From Thermodesulfobacteriota bacterium (GTDB lineage Bacteria > Desulfobacterota > Desulfobulbia > Desulfobulbales > SURF-16), in contig JBDLIE010000003.1 in the NCBI GenBank assembly GCA_039715015.1, forward strand, positions 1 to 64,000: 64,000 bases of DNA, given 5' to 3'. The notes under the pieces are model-generated. The model saw only the letters and a list, made by a program, of their open reading frames with translations. It ran no database searches and had not been told where the DNA came from. Shown here one piece after another: positions 48,516-59,021 of this stretch (position 1 is the first letter of the stretch; every line of letters begins with the position of its first letter). A program made the position numbers and the translations under genes.

Positions 48516-49355
48516 CTATGGTGTTTTGGTGGTTAGCTTCATACTAATGTCAGATGATGGGGCCGAATGAGTGAGGGCGCCGATAGAGATAATATCCACA
48601 CCTGTTTCAGCAATTTCTCTTATATTTCGTAGGGTTACACCGCCAGATGCTTCAACCAACGCATGGTTGTTGATGAGCCGGACAGCTGTTTTCATTTCAT
48701 CAGGTGGCATATTGTCGAGCATAATAATGTCGACTTTTGCGGCGAGACATTGTTCTACCTGGTCAAAATTTTCTGTTTCTACCTCGATCTTTAAGGTGTG
48801 AGGTGCCTGGTTGCGGACGCGATTTACAGCCTCGAGAATCGAGCCACAGGCCGCTATATGATTGTCTTTTATCATGATCCCGTCAGCGAGGTTAAATCGG
48901 TGATTGTGGCCACCCCCAACCCGAACAGCATATTTTTCAAGGGTTCGAAGGCCAGGTGTGGTTTTACGGGTATCTGTGACTCTCGTTGGCAGATCACCAA
49001 TTTCTTTCACAAAACTATTTGTTAAGGTAGCTATGCCACAGAGACGCTGAACTAAATTTAAGGCTACCCGTTCACTCTGGAGAAGTTCAATAACCGGACC
49101 TTTCCCCGAAAAGACCTCTTCGCCCGTTTTAATGAAACGTCCATCCTCAACTGCTGAATAATTAAAATGAGGTATGCGAGCTTTGAAGACCTCTGCGGCA
49201 ATGTCCATGCCCGCACAGACAAAATCACTTTTTGCTATAAAAACAGCTTTGCCTAAAATATCAGGAGCAAAGATTGCCTGTGAGGTAATATCGCCGGTGC
49301 CAAGATCTTCTTGAAGAAAATGGTTGATGTCTGCTTTTAGGGAGAGAATGTCCAT
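48516..49355 (-). CDS. nadC: Quinolinate phosphoribosyltransferase
   Basis: EDLGTGDIT, ERVALN, DTRKTTPG, HRFNL.D..MIKDNH, MLDN, EASGG. Confidence 0.97.
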   Translation of the reverse strand: MDILSLKADINHFLQEDLGTGDITSQAIFAPDILGKAVFIAKSDFVCAGMDIAAEVFKARIPHFNYSAVEDGRFIKTGEEVFSGKGPVIELLQSERVALNLVQRLCGIATLTNSFVKEIGDLPTRVTDTRKTTPGLRTLEKYAVRVGGGHNHRFNLADGIMIKDNHIAACGSILEAVNRVRNQAPHTLKIEVETENFDQVEQCLAAKVDIIMLDNMPPDEMKTAVRLINNHALVEASGGVTLRNIREIAETGVDIISIGALTHSAPSSDISMKLTTKTP

Positions 49356-49507
49356 GGAAACCTGTTATCTTTAGTTGAGGATTTATAAAGGTGTGAAGAT
49401 ATGTTTTTTAGCGGTTGAAACGTAATTACAATGCCCTTCTCTCGCTTGTAAAGAATATTAAAAATGTCGATTCTCTTTGAGTTGTCACTTAACTATTAAT
49501 AAAAGTT

Positions 49508-50254
49508 ATGCTGGATTGCCACAGTCATCTTCTTGATATAACGAATTTTTCTAGTGACTTTTTTCTCGCCTCACTTGAAGAGTGTCATATTCGGAAAATT
49601 TACTGCAATATTGTTGATGTTAAGCAATGGTCATCTCTTTCCAGCCTTACTGAAAAATATCCGCAAATTATTCCTTTTTTCGGTATTCATCCCTGGCATA
49701 TAACTCATTTTTCATTTAATGACCTGGAACCACTCGCCGACCTCCTTAGAAAAGAGTTATCTTGCTGTGGAGAAATAGGTCTTGATCGCCGTTGTGATAC
49801 AGATTTTTTATTACAAAAAAAAATGTTTGTAAAACAGCTCGACCTTGCCAAGGACACCCAAAGTTTTGTGGCTATCCACTGTGTCAAAGCCTGGGGGCCC
49901 CTTCTGGAAATTCTTGCAGGATATCAGGGTAAAATTTCATTTATGATCCATTCCTTTCAAGGTTCTAGGGAGGTTATGGAAAGACTGGTGGCAATGGGTG
50001 GAATGATTTCTTTTTCAGATCGGGTCATGCAGAGCAAACAAAAGAAACTCCAAGAAGTCCTCAAGGTCACCCCCCTTGAGAACCTTCTCCTAGAAACGGA
50101 TTTCCCCTTTCAGACCAGTATAGAGGGCAGTTCTTCAAAAATATATTGTCAGGTTCTCTCAAATCTTTACACCTTTGTTGCGCGTCTCCGAGAGATTTCA
50201 GCCTCAGACCTCTCGCAAATTATCGAAAGAAATGGATCGATTTGTACGTATTGA
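49508..50254 (+). CDS. tatD: TatD-family metallo-hydrolase
   Basis: DCHSHL, GIHPW, GEIGLD, IHCVKA, IHSF, LLETDFP. Confidence 0.88.
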   Translation: MLDCHSHLLDITNFSSDFFLASLEECHIRKIYCNIVDVKQWSSLSSLTEKYPQIIPFFGIHPWHITHFSFNDLEPLADLLRKELSCCGEIGLDRRCDTDFLLQKKMFVKQLDLAKDTQSFVAIHCVKAWGPLLEILAGYQGKISFMIHSFQGSREVMERLVAMGGMISFSDRVMQSKQKKLQEVLKVTPLENLLLETDFPFQTSIEGSSSKIYCQVLSNLYTFVARLREISASDLSQIIERNGSICTY

Positions 50255-50987
50255 AAAACTTTTAGGGCGCTCCAAGGCTTCTTGGCTCCGGGATAGGTCG
50301 GTGACCATCGTCGGGGTCGGAGCTGTTGGTGGTTATGCCTTAGAAGGCTTGGCTCGGGCCGGAATCGGCAGGGTCCGCCTGGTTGATTTTGACGTTTTCA
50401 CAGCCTCAAATATAAACCGTCAACTCCACGCTCTAGAGTCTACTCTAGGGAGTATAAAGGTTGAGGCGGCAAAGAAAAGGGTGCTGGATATTAATCCCCT
50501 TTGTCAGGTGGATGTATTACCTCTTTTTGCTGACACCGATACTGTTAACGATATATTGGCACCGAAGCCCGACATCCTTATTGACGCCATTGATTCATTA
50601 GATTCCAAGAGGGTACTTCTGGAAACAGCCCACCAATTAAATATACCTATTGTCTCATCCATGGGAGCGGCCTTACGCACAGACCCGGCCCAGATTCATG
50701 TTGATGAACTGCTTAAGACCAAAAAATGTCCCCTGGCCAGAAAACTGCGTAAAAAGCTGCGGAAGATTGGTGTTGGTAGTGGTATTACCTGTGTTTATTC
50801 AACTGAAAAGGTCGATTATGAATATGGCCAGCAGGAAGAATATAGCGAGGGAGGTCCCTCAAACCAAAAAAAAAGACGCCCTAGACGAATCCTGGGCAGT
50901 CTTCCCACCCTTACCGGGATTTTTGGCCTTATTGTCGCCAATACAGCTATCTATAAGTTGTTAGAAAAATATGAGGATTCTCCCTGA
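50232..50987 (+). CDS. tcdA: tRNA threonylcarbamoyladenosine dehydratase (ThiF family)
   Basis: VGVGAVG, LARAGIG, SNINRQ, DAID, SSMGA, CPLARKLRK.LR, VYSTE. ATG 50232 overlaps tatD. Confidence 0.88.
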   Translation: MDRFVRIEKLLGRSKASWLRDRSVTIVGVGAVGGYALEGLARAGIGRVRLVDFDVFTASNINRQLHALESTLGSIKVEAAKKRVLDINPLCQVDVLPLFADTDTVNDILAPKPDILIDAIDSLDSKRVLLETAHQLNIPIVSSMGAALRTDPAQIHVDELLKTKKCPLARKLRKKLRKIGVGSGITCVYSTEKVDYEYGQQEEYSEGGPSNQKKRRPRRILGSLPTLTGIFGLIVANTAIYKLLEKYEDSP

Positions 50988-51009
50988 GAGAATATCATAT
51001 TGAAGGTTG

Positions 51010-51213
51010 TTACCGATTTTGAAACCAGAGGAGGTAGAGTCCTATCAGCAACAAAAAGGGACCATTACTGAAATAAAAAAGATAGACGAGTGGGTAACGG
51101 CGTCCAAGAAATTCTTTTAATTGGGAACGATTTACCACTTTAGGAACCCAGAACAAGACCGTTACTAGGCTTCCGAAAATGATAAGGAAAAGGGCAAGGA
51201 GATTAAGTGGCAT
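51010..51213 (-). CDS. Small two-TM membrane protein (67 aa)
   Basis: MPLNLLALFLIIFGSLVTVLFWVP...LGRRYPLVYLFYFSNGPFLLLIGLYLL. ATG 19 nt after the AsmA-like stop, with an AGGTG RBS. Confidence 0.65.
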   Translation of the reverse strand: MPLNLLALFLIIFGSLVTVLFWVPKVVNRSQLKEFLGRRYPLVYLFYFSNGPFLLLIGLYLLWFQNR

Positions 51214-51232
51214 TGTTTCACCTGAAGGCTCG

Positions 51233-54200
51233 TTACTGTGCGGGACTCTCCGAAGAGGATGAAGTGTCGGTTGATTCCTGAGGATTGGGTATGGGCCCAG
51301 AGTTTTGTTCACCGTTCCTGTCTTTTTTTCCTGGAATCATCCAGCCAAAGGGCAGGGTTATTGTGTCGAGAATCCATTTTCCCGTTGCCTCACCAATGGC
51401 TGAAGGGGAGAGGACCGTGACTTTGGGGTCATGGAGGGGGCCTGTTACCTTCACCGGCACAGAAACAATCCTCCCTTCACTTCCACCAAGAACACGACCG
51501 ACCAGGGGAACTTTTGTTACCAGACCATGGATTGTTGCAAAGGGGACTACAAAGAAAGTGACGTCATACTCCATGGTGCTAAGATTAACCTCCCCAGTTG
51601 CCACCACATCTACCCCATCGCCATCGATGAAGGCTTTTTCGATGGTGAAAACATTGTCGCAAATATTTCCAGAGAGCTCAAAGGCATTATAGTAAAAACC
51701 TTCCTTCCAGATAGCCCCGGAAAGGCCGGTAATATTGATGAGGCTGAGAGTTTTCGCCAGGGCGACGAACTTTTTAATGGTTCCTTTTTTTGATGTAAGA
51801 AAAACCCCCCCCCGTTTACAGAGATTGGTGTCAGAATAAATCCGGCCGGAGATTTCAAGGGGACCTTCAACGATGCCATCAAAATTAAAACAAGAGAGAA
51901 AATCTTGAAACTTCAAAGGCCTGTCAATGGGAGACATTACGGAGATTTCTTTCGTGGTTTCCTGAGGGCCATGCCAGGAAAGCTGGCCGTTTAAGCCAAC
52001 TCCGCAGACCTCACTGTCCTGAAGGTTAAGCTCTGAGTCCGTTTGGTTGAATTCATATGTGCCTTTCAGGGGGGTAATAGGAAGTTTGTAGCTGCGCTGA
52101 TCGCCGCCATCGTTTCTTTTAGTGCCAAAAGGCAAAACAACACTTTTAAAATCAAAGCCTAAAAGGCCTGAAATCTCATATGATGGAGTGGTTTTAGTAT
52201 CTTGTGGTATCGCCAGGGTTGTGTAAAGAAAATAATCTAGATCATCCTGGAATTTTTCAATATTTGTCGTGCTTATTGGTGAAACAGAAAAAAGATCCAG
52301 TTCAAAATGGCCCAAACCAGGTTTTGAAGAAAATACCCCTGAAGCGCCAAAAGATTCGTTATTAAAAACAGCTTCCAGCTCTTGGACTCTTAAACGAGAG
52401 TCCTCTGAGTCAAAATTTAAAATGGGAATGTTGCAGACTCTTTGCTCTTTACCCCATGTCCACTGGGCATCTAGGGCGATTAAATCGCCGTCGAAATCAA
52501 CCATGGTCATGTTGGTTTTCTTGTCAGTTGTTTTATGGATTTTAAAATCACCCTTGATGGATTCAAAGGTTGCTTTGCTGTCATCCAAGAAGGCGCCTAG
52601 GGAGCCACCGGAAATATTGCCCTTAAATGATGAAATGAATTCTTGATCCTTTTCATTCCAATGCAAGGTCAAGGACGCGTTATCTGTTTCACTTTTCACA
52701 TGGAAAGATCCGGAGAACGACTCGGCTTTATTCTTAATGTCTAGATCAAGTGCTATCGTATCTCCCTCAGGGGAAAGTTTGCCCTCAAGGCTGAATAATT
52801 TGTCGTCCCAGCGGATAGTCATGTTTCGAATACGATAGGGCGGCCGAGGGACAATAAGATGTGGGAAAATATGTTTATCTTCAAGCCAGTTCAAGTGTTT
52901 GTTCCCCAGCAAGCCATTAACATGTAAATTGCCCTCCCAGGTCTGCCAATCATCATGAAGAAGTTCGCCACTTAAATTAATTGGTTTTCCAAATAAGGTG
53001 CCTGCGCTGGATACTATCTTAATCTCCTGATGGCCTACGATTCCTGTAGCCTTTTCCACCATCACTTTTTCAGCCATAACCGGTGTTTTAAAAGTTATAT
53101 CTTTAAGTTTTGACTCAAAACTATAGGTGTATTCTTCCGGTTTAAAAAAAGAACCTTGCAGTGATCCTGTTATCTCTGCACTACCCTGGATGGAATCAAT
53201 CACCCCGGCAAAGGTCTCCATAAGGAGAGGGTATTCTTTTAGTTCTCCTAGGAGTGTGTTGGTATCAAAAAGGCCATGCAGGGAATTTATAGAAAAGGGG
53301 ATATCCGGGTCATCCCAGGTGACGTGACCACTGGTTTCCTGAATAGAATGGGAGGCCATCTTGGCCTTCATATTCTGCCAGGTCGCCGAGGTGCCGGTTA
53401 CCTTAAGCTTGCCAACTGTTGGGCGTAGAGGCCAACTCAACCTCTCATAGCGAAGTTCAGCATCGTGATATGTGTCAACATCAACAATGACATTAAAATC
53501 GCGTATATCGTCGCCAATATGGAGATGGCCATTCGCCCGGCCACTGCCCTGGACCTTGCCGAGTTCACGAGCAACATCCTTGTCATTAAGAATACTACGC
53601 AGCACTGCGGGCAGCTCCTGAAGGTTGGCGTCAATATCAACATCAACCTCTAACCCAAATTTATCACTAGCGAGACCAACGAGGAAGACACCATCAGTTC
53701 CTTTGGCATCACCGACCCAAGTGGTAATATTTTTGCCGCTGAGATCACCATCTTTAATAAGAATTGGCCCTTGGGCGTTGTTTAGGTCAAGGGGGATGTC
53801 GGCAAGGTGAATTTCAGAGGTTGCTATATCAACCCCAATGGTCATGGAGGCCACATCTTCAAAGGCTTTTGCTGGGGCGTCGAAATAGTAGGTGGCGCTA
53901 TTCGCCTTACCACTTTGAACAATGTCACACACCTGCTGAGCCACCGAATTATCCCCCAAAAGGCTAAGAACTTTTTGGCGGACACCTGTTAGATCTAGGT
54001 CTGCAGCTTTAAGATCTATTTTTATGTTTGATTGATCACTGCCGTCAGGAAAATAACGACTAATTTCACCCTTGATTTTAAGCTGAGGCTCATGAAAATG
54101 AAGGTCGTTAAAAGTAAGAAAGAAGCTGTCGTGAGGGCCAAGATGGAGGTTGATATCGCCCTTGCCGAGCCTAAAGTTTTCCTTTACGTCAAGTCGTGAC

Positions 54201-54952
54201 AAGGAAAAGTCCGGAATATCTCCAGACAGGTCCAGAATGAGACCGTCAAGATTTTTTTCAGCAGTAAATGACAAGGTGCTGATGTCGTTTAGAGGCTTCA
54301 GAAGTGGATTGCCTTTTGCAGTTAAAATCTTTTGAGACCGGAGGTCTTGTACCTCCCCTCTCATCGTTCCTTGACCTTTTCGGTCGAATTTGCCGCTTAA
54401 GACCATTTTTTTGGCAAAGCTTGCTTCACTTTTCCAAGAAAATTCGCCTCCCTTTCCGCGGATTGAAAAGTCGGCTGAAATTTTGTTTAGGAAGATTTTT
54501 TGTGACGCGAAAAGGCTGTTGTGTTGCTCTGGCAGAAGGAGGGTTCCGTTGTCAACAACAAGCTTTATTTCCGGAAAATCAACGGTGCTAAGTCCGTCAT
54601 CTTTATCGCTGGGCGAAAAATCGTGGAGATGAAAAACTGGGTCGGTAATATCCAGCCTTCCCAATGAAGAAAGACCAAGAAGGATCTTCCAAGAAGGGTA
54701 TAAGGTCGCCTCAGGACTTGTGACGGAAAAGTCTTGATGCAAAACCTCAACTTGTCCCACCTTTATATGTGGAAAAGGAAACCAGGTAAAGCTTATATCT
54801 TGGACACTGGCATCGACAACATACCAGCTGTTAATGCGGGTAAGTATCTGATCTTTGACCTTTTGGCTTTCTATCAGCAAGGGAGCGCTCATAATTATCC
54901 CAGCAAACAAAAGGAAGAGAATGCCTGTATAAATAAGGAGCTTCTTTTTCAT
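51233..54952 (-). CDS. Large AsmA/YhdP-like protein
   Basis: N-terminal membrane anchor, about 1240 aa of beta-rich repeats, and an AsmA-C-like end (GEVNL....D....VPF....KVPLVG..LGG.....VKVTGPLHDPKV). Confidence 0.78.
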   Translation of the reverse strand: MKKKLLIYTGILFLLFAGIIMSAPLLIESQKVKDQILTRINSWYVVDASVQDISFTWFPFPHIKVGQVEVLHQDFSVTSPEATLYPSWKILLGLSSLGRLDITDPVFHLHDFSPSDKDDGLSTVDFPEIKLVVDNGTLLLPEQHNSLFASQKIFLNKISADFSIRGKGGEFSWKSEASFAKKMVLSGKFDRKGQGTMRGEVQDLRSQKILTAKGNPLLKPLNDISTLSFTAEKNLDGLILDLSGDIPDFSLSRLDVKENFRLGKGDINLHLGPHDSFFLTFNDLHFHEPQLKIKGEISRYFPDGSDQSNIKIDLKAADLDLTGVRQKVLSLLGDNSVAQQVCDIVQSGKANSATYYFDAPAKAFEDVASMTIGVDIATSEIHLADIPLDLNNAQGPILIKDGDLSGKNITTWVGDAKGTDGVFLVGLASDKFGLEVDVDIDANLQELPAVLRSILNDKDVARELGKVQGSGRANGHLHIGDDIRDFNVIVDVDTYHDAELRYERLSWPLRPTVGKLKVTGTSATWQNMKAKMASHSIQETSGHVTWDDPDIPFSINSLHGLFDTNTLLGELKEYPLLMETFAGVIDSIQGSAEITGSLQGSFFKPEEYTYSFESKLKDITFKTPVMAEKVMVEKATGIVGHQEIKIVSSAGTLFGKPINLSGELLHDDWQTWEGNLHVNGLLGNKHLNWLEDKHIFPHLIVPRPPYRIRNMTIRWDDKLFSLEGKLSPEGDTIALDLDIKNKAESFSGSFHVKSETDNASLTLHWNEKDQEFISSFKGNISGGSLGAFLDDSKATFESIKGDFKIHKTTDKKTNMTMVDFDGDLIALDAQWTWGKEQRVCNIPILNFDSEDSRLRVQELEAVFNNESFGASGVFSSKPGLGHFELDLFSVSPISTTNIEKFQDDLDYFLYTTLAIPQDTKTTPSYEISGLLGFDFKSVVLPFGTKRNDGGDQRSYKLPITPLKGTYEFNQTDSELNLQDSEVCGVGLNGQLSWHGPQETTKEISVMSPIDRPLKFQDFLSCFNFDGIVEGPLEISGRIYSDTNLCKRGGVFLTSKKGTIKKFVALAKTLSLINITGLSGAIWKEGFYYNAFELSGNICDNVFTIEKAFIDGDGVDVVATGEVNLSTMEYDVTFFVVPFATIHGLVTKVPLVGRVLGGSEGRIVSVPVKVTGPLHDPKVTVLSPSAIGEATGKWILDTITLPFGWMIPGKKDRNGEQNSGPIPNPQESTDTSSSSESPAQ

Positions 54953-55007
54953 CAAATAACAATCATTGGTTGGAAGAGGTAAGTTGGAGAATGTATCATC
55001 ACTGCCA

Positions 55008-56780
55008 TTATTCTACTGTGGTTAACATGCTGTCAATCGTTGCAAGCCCGCCTTCCCAGAATAATGGGTCGTTAAGGTCTACACCAAAGGGTTTAACCAG
55101 TTCGTAGGGCGAGAGGCTGCCGCCAGCGGCCAGCAACGCTTCGTATTTAGGGACAAATTTATCCCCTTCAGTCTTATAGAGATTGTAGAGGGCAAGAACA
55201 AGAAGTTCTCCAAAGGCATAGGAATAAACATAGCCAGGCGTGTGGAGAAAGTGGGGGATGTATGCCCACCAGATGTCATAGTTTTCTGTTAAACTCACAG
55301 AGTCTCCAAACATCTCCTCTTGGGTGGCACGCCAGTATTTGTTTACTAATTCCTGGGAAAGTTCACCCTGATCACGGCGGCTGTTATGGATACGGTCCTC
55401 AAAACGGTTCATTGATATCTGCCGGAAAACAGTGGCAAATATCGACTCAAGTTTTTGACAGGTAAATGCCTGTCGTTCTTGTGGGGATTCGAGGAGGTCA
55501 AGCTGGCTGTGAAAGACAAGGAGTTCTGCAAAAACAGAAGCGGTTTCCGCCAGGACAAGAGGGGTGTCACTATTATAATATCCCTTTTGGGCAGCTAGGT
55601 ATTGATGAACCCCATGCCCGAGCTCATGGGCAACGGTTGAGACGTCACGAATATTACCGGTATAATTTACCAGAATATAAGGGTGTACTTCCGGCACACA
55701 GGGATGGGCAAAGGCTCCCCCCCGCTTACCTTCTAAAAGGGGGGCGTGGATCCAACCGCGGTCAAAAAAGAAAGAGGCTATTTCTGCCATTTTGGGAGAA
55801 AATTGCCGAAAGGCGTGCAAGACCATGTCCTGGCATTGTGGCCAAGACACCTTTTCGTCAGGAAGATGAGGCAGGGGCGCATACCTGTCATAATCGTGGA
55901 GGGTGTCCAGATCAAGGAGCCTTTTTTTCAGGTGATAGTAGCGCTGAACAATATCATAGCGTTTGATTACCGAAGAAACGAGAATCCCCACAGTGTTGTC
56001 GCCCAACTCATTGGCCAGGTTCATGGAGCTTTCCCAGGAGGGATAAGATCGCAGCCGATCGGTAATCATCTTGTCTGCTAAGATGGTGTTGAAAATATGT
56101 GTGATGATATGGAGTTGGGAACGGAGCCCATCGGTCATATCTTCCGCAGCCTGGATGCGGACTTTGCGCTCTGGCGAGTAGAGGTCGGAAAGCACCTCCT
56201 CTTCACTGCGTTTTTGTTCACCAAAGGTGAGGTGGCCAAAAACCTTTTCAAAAAGATCCGTCCAACTGGACGTACCCACCGGTGCCTTCTCGATGAGGAT
56301 TTGCTCCTCAACACTGCTTAAGAGATGGTCTGCATAACGCCTGATGCTGTACAAATAATGGCGATAATGGCTGAGGCTGTCGTCTTGGAGTAGTTTTTCA
56401 GCCACCTCTTTTGGGGTTTTTCCCCATTCCAGATCAAAAAAGACGGTTTCTTTACCCACCCGGCTGGCAATCTCTTTCACCTCCTGCAAAAAAGCGCCGG
56501 CTTCAGCGTTTTGCACCTGAGTGGTGAAGTTTAAGAACGAGTAGGTGGACAATTTGCCGAGGATAACGGCAATAGCTTCAAGTTTTTTTACCAGTTTAAA
56601 AAGTTCTTGGGCCGAAAGCTTGGAGATCTTGTGTCGATAGGTGCTGGCAAGAGTTTCAGCGGCCTGCTGGCAAAATTCGAAATCTTTTTTAATGGCAGGA
56701 TCATCAAGCCCTTGATAGAGATGGTCAAGTTGCCAGATAACATCCGATGTTTTGAGATCTTTGTTTAGTTGTGAAGACAT
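55008..56780 (-). CDS. pepF: M3B oligoendopeptidase F
   Basis: WQLDHLY, YDRYAPL, GKRGGAF, HExxH motif AHELGHGVH, AETASVFAE, PHF...YVYSYAFG. Confidence 0.9.
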   Translation of the reverse strand: MSSQLNKDLKTSDVIWQLDHLYQGLDDPAIKKDFEFCQQAAETLASTYRHKISKLSAQELFKLVKKLEAIAVILGKLSTYSFLNFTTQVQNAEAGAFLQEVKEIASRVGKETVFFDLEWGKTPKEVAEKLLQDDSLSHYRHYLYSIRRYADHLLSSVEEQILIEKAPVGTSSWTDLFEKVFGHLTFGEQKRSEEEVLSDLYSPERKVRIQAAEDMTDGLRSQLHIITHIFNTILADKMITDRLRSYPSWESSMNLANELGDNTVGILVSSVIKRYDIVQRYYHLKKRLLDLDTLHDYDRYAPLPHLPDEKVSWPQCQDMVLHAFRQFSPKMAEIASFFFDRGWIHAPLLEGKRGGAFAHPCVPEVHPYILVNYTGNIRDVSTVAHELGHGVHQYLAAQKGYYNSDTPLVLAETASVFAELLVFHSQLDLLESPQERQAFTCQKLESIFATVFRQISMNRFEDRIHNSRRDQGELSQELVNKYWRATQEEMFGDSVSLTENYDIWWAYIPHFLHTPGYVYSYAFGELLVLALYNLYKTEGDKFVPKYEALLAAGGSLSPYELVKPFGVDLNDPLFWEGGLATIDSMLTTVE

Positions 56781-57183
56781 CAAGCCAGATTAGGGTAAAA
56801 GTGAGATTCAGTAAGGAATATAGAATAATACAGCACCTCCTTCTGAATTACAATCTGTGAGCTATGGGCAAGAAAAAATCTTGCGTCAAAGAATAGAACA
56901 ATATAATTTGTATTCGAAATTTTATGAGACTACGATTCCACTTACCACAAGATTTTAAAAATTTTCATAAAAATCGAGCATTTATAATCTTTGTTTTTTT
57001 AAACACTATTAACGAAACAAATTCCGCTAGTTCAATTCCATTGGCTATTTTCTGTGGTTCTAAAAGTTTATACGCCCCTGCCAATGGTCTGAGAACATGC
57101 CGTCTTTTCTCATCATGTTTTTCCGTTCTTTGACGCCTTCCCGCCAAGGCGTCAAATGACAGTTTAATTTCTACAGGTATCTT

Positions 57184-59007
57184 ATGACATCCTCCCCAGC
57201 ATATGATGAAGGCAAGGTTAAAACACTCAGCTCGTTAGAGCATATCAGGCTTCGGCCAGGTATGTATATCGGTCGTTTGGGTAATGGCTCACATCCGGAT
57301 GATGGAATCTATATTCTATTAAAGGAAATCATCGATAATGGTGTTGATGAGTTCATCATGGGGGCCGGCAAGAAAATCGAGATTACCCTTGAAGACACTG
57401 GTGCGGCTTTTATCCGTGACTATGGCCGGGGTATCCCCCTCGGCAAGATCGTTGAGTGTGTGTCGGTGATAAATACCGGCGCCAAGTATAACAGCGATGT
57501 CTTTCAATTTTCCGTTGGCCTCAACGGTGTGGGCACCAAGGCGGTTAACGCTCTTTCCACAGATTTTAAGGTTACTGCCTATCGTGAGGGGAAGTTTGCC
57601 TCAGCGACCTTTAAGGACGGCACCTTGGTTGATCAGCAAGAGGGTAAGAGTGGTGAGAAAAACGGTACCTTGATAGAGTTTCTTCCTGATCCTGACATCT
57701 TTAAAGGTTATGCCTATAATTTTGACTTTATCAAGAAAAGATTATGGCGTTATGCTTATCTCAATGCTGGGCTGAAGCTGATCTTCGATGACGAAGAATT
57801 TTTCTCAGATAACGGTCTCCTGGATCTTCTTGCCAATGAGATTGAAGATAGTCAGCTCTATGACCCTCTTCATTATCGTGATGACACCCTTGAAATGACC
57901 TTTACCCATATTAATGGCTATGGGGAATCCTATTTTTCCTTTGTCAATGGTACTTATACAAATGAAGGGGGTACTCACCTTTCAGCCTACAGAGAAGGGA
58001 TACTCAAGGGCTTCAATGAGTTTACCGGCAAGAAATTTTCCGGCAATGATGTCAGGGAAGGAATTGTCGGCACTATTGCCGTAAAGGTTGTTGAGCCTAT
58101 TTTTGAGTCTCAGACCAAGAATAAGCTCGGCAATACCGACATTCGGGCCGATATTATTAATCGCGTCCGTAAATTTGTCTGTGATTCGCTCTATAAGGAC
58201 ACTGATCTGGCTGAGGTCATGGTTCACAAGATCCAGCAAAACGCCAAGATCCGTAAAGAGTTGCAGAATGTCCGTAAAGAGGCCAAGGCCAAAGCCAAAA
58301 AAGTTACCTACCGCATTCCTAACCTTAAAGATTGCAAGTATCATCCCACCAAGAAAAAGCCTTCCAAAAGCGGCCGCGAGAACATGATTTTCATCACCGA
58401 GGGCCAATCTGCCTCGGGTTCCATTGTTAGTTCCCGCGACCCAATGCGGCAGGCGGTTTTCTCCCTTAAGGGTAAGCCCATGAACGTCTATGGGCACAGG
58501 CTTGATCTACTTTATAAAAATGATGAGATGTATAACATCATGCGGGCCCTAAATGTTGAGGAATCCGTCGGCCATCTTCGTTATGACAAGGTGATTTTGG
58601 CCACAGATGCAGATGTCGACGGCCTCCATATCAGAAATCTTCTTCTCACCTTTTTTCTTCATTATTTCGAGCCATTAGTAAAGCTCGGTCATGTTTATAT
58701 TCTCGAGACCCCTATCTTCAGGGCTCGCACTAAACAGCAGACCATTTACTGCTATTCTGAGAATGAAAAAGAGAAGGCGGTAAAGAAACTTGCTGGCCGT
58801 GCCAAGGTAAAGAAACAGGTGGAAATTACCCGTTTCAAAGGTCTTGGCGAAATCTCCCCCCCGGAGTTTAAACAGTTTATTGGTGATGATATTCGCCTAC
58901 AACAGGTCAATATTGACAGGCTTTCAGAGGTTCCCAAGCTTCTCTCATTTTACATGGGCAAGAACACCCCTGACCGCAAAGAATATATCATGAGAAATTT
59001 GGTTTAA
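57184..59007 (+). CDS. parE: Type IIA DNA topoisomerase subunit B (ParE-like)
   Basis: EHIRLRPGMYIG, EIIDNGVDE, DYGRGIP, GLNGVG, FESQTK, TEGQSA, TDADVDG.HI, RFKGLGE. Confidence 0.88.
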   Translation: MTSSPAYDEGKVKTLSSLEHIRLRPGMYIGRLGNGSHPDDGIYILLKEIIDNGVDEFIMGAGKKIEITLEDTGAAFIRDYGRGIPLGKIVECVSVINTGAKYNSDVFQFSVGLNGVGTKAVNALSTDFKVTAYREGKFASATFKDGTLVDQQEGKSGEKNGTLIEFLPDPDIFKGYAYNFDFIKKRLWRYAYLNAGLKLIFDDEEFFSDNGLLDLLANEIEDSQLYDPLHYRDDTLEMTFTHINGYGESYFSFVNGTYTNEGGTHLSAYREGILKGFNEFTGKKFSGNDVREGIVGTIAVKVVEPIFESQTKNKLGNTDIRADIINRVRKFVCDSLYKDTDLAEVMVHKIQQNAKIRKELQNVRKEAKAKAKKVTYRIPNLKDCKYHPTKKKPSKSGRENMIFITEGQSASGSIVSSRDPMRQAVFSLKGKPMNVYGHRLDLLYKNDEMYNIMRALNVEESVGHLRYDKVILATDADVDGLHIRNLLLTFFLHYFEPLVKLGHVYILETPIFRARTKQQTIYCYSENEKEKAVKKLAGRAKVKKQVEITRFKGLGEISPPEFKQFIGDDIRLQQVNIDRLSEVPKLLSFYMGKNTPDRKEYIMRNLV

Positions 59008-59021
59008 AGGCGAGGATACCT

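Noticed and set aside
56924..57147. 69-aa (+) and 60-aa (-) ORFs between pepF and parE as genuine genes
   Set aside because: AT-rich, no RBS and not protein-like. The plus ORF is mentioned only as a possible uORF.
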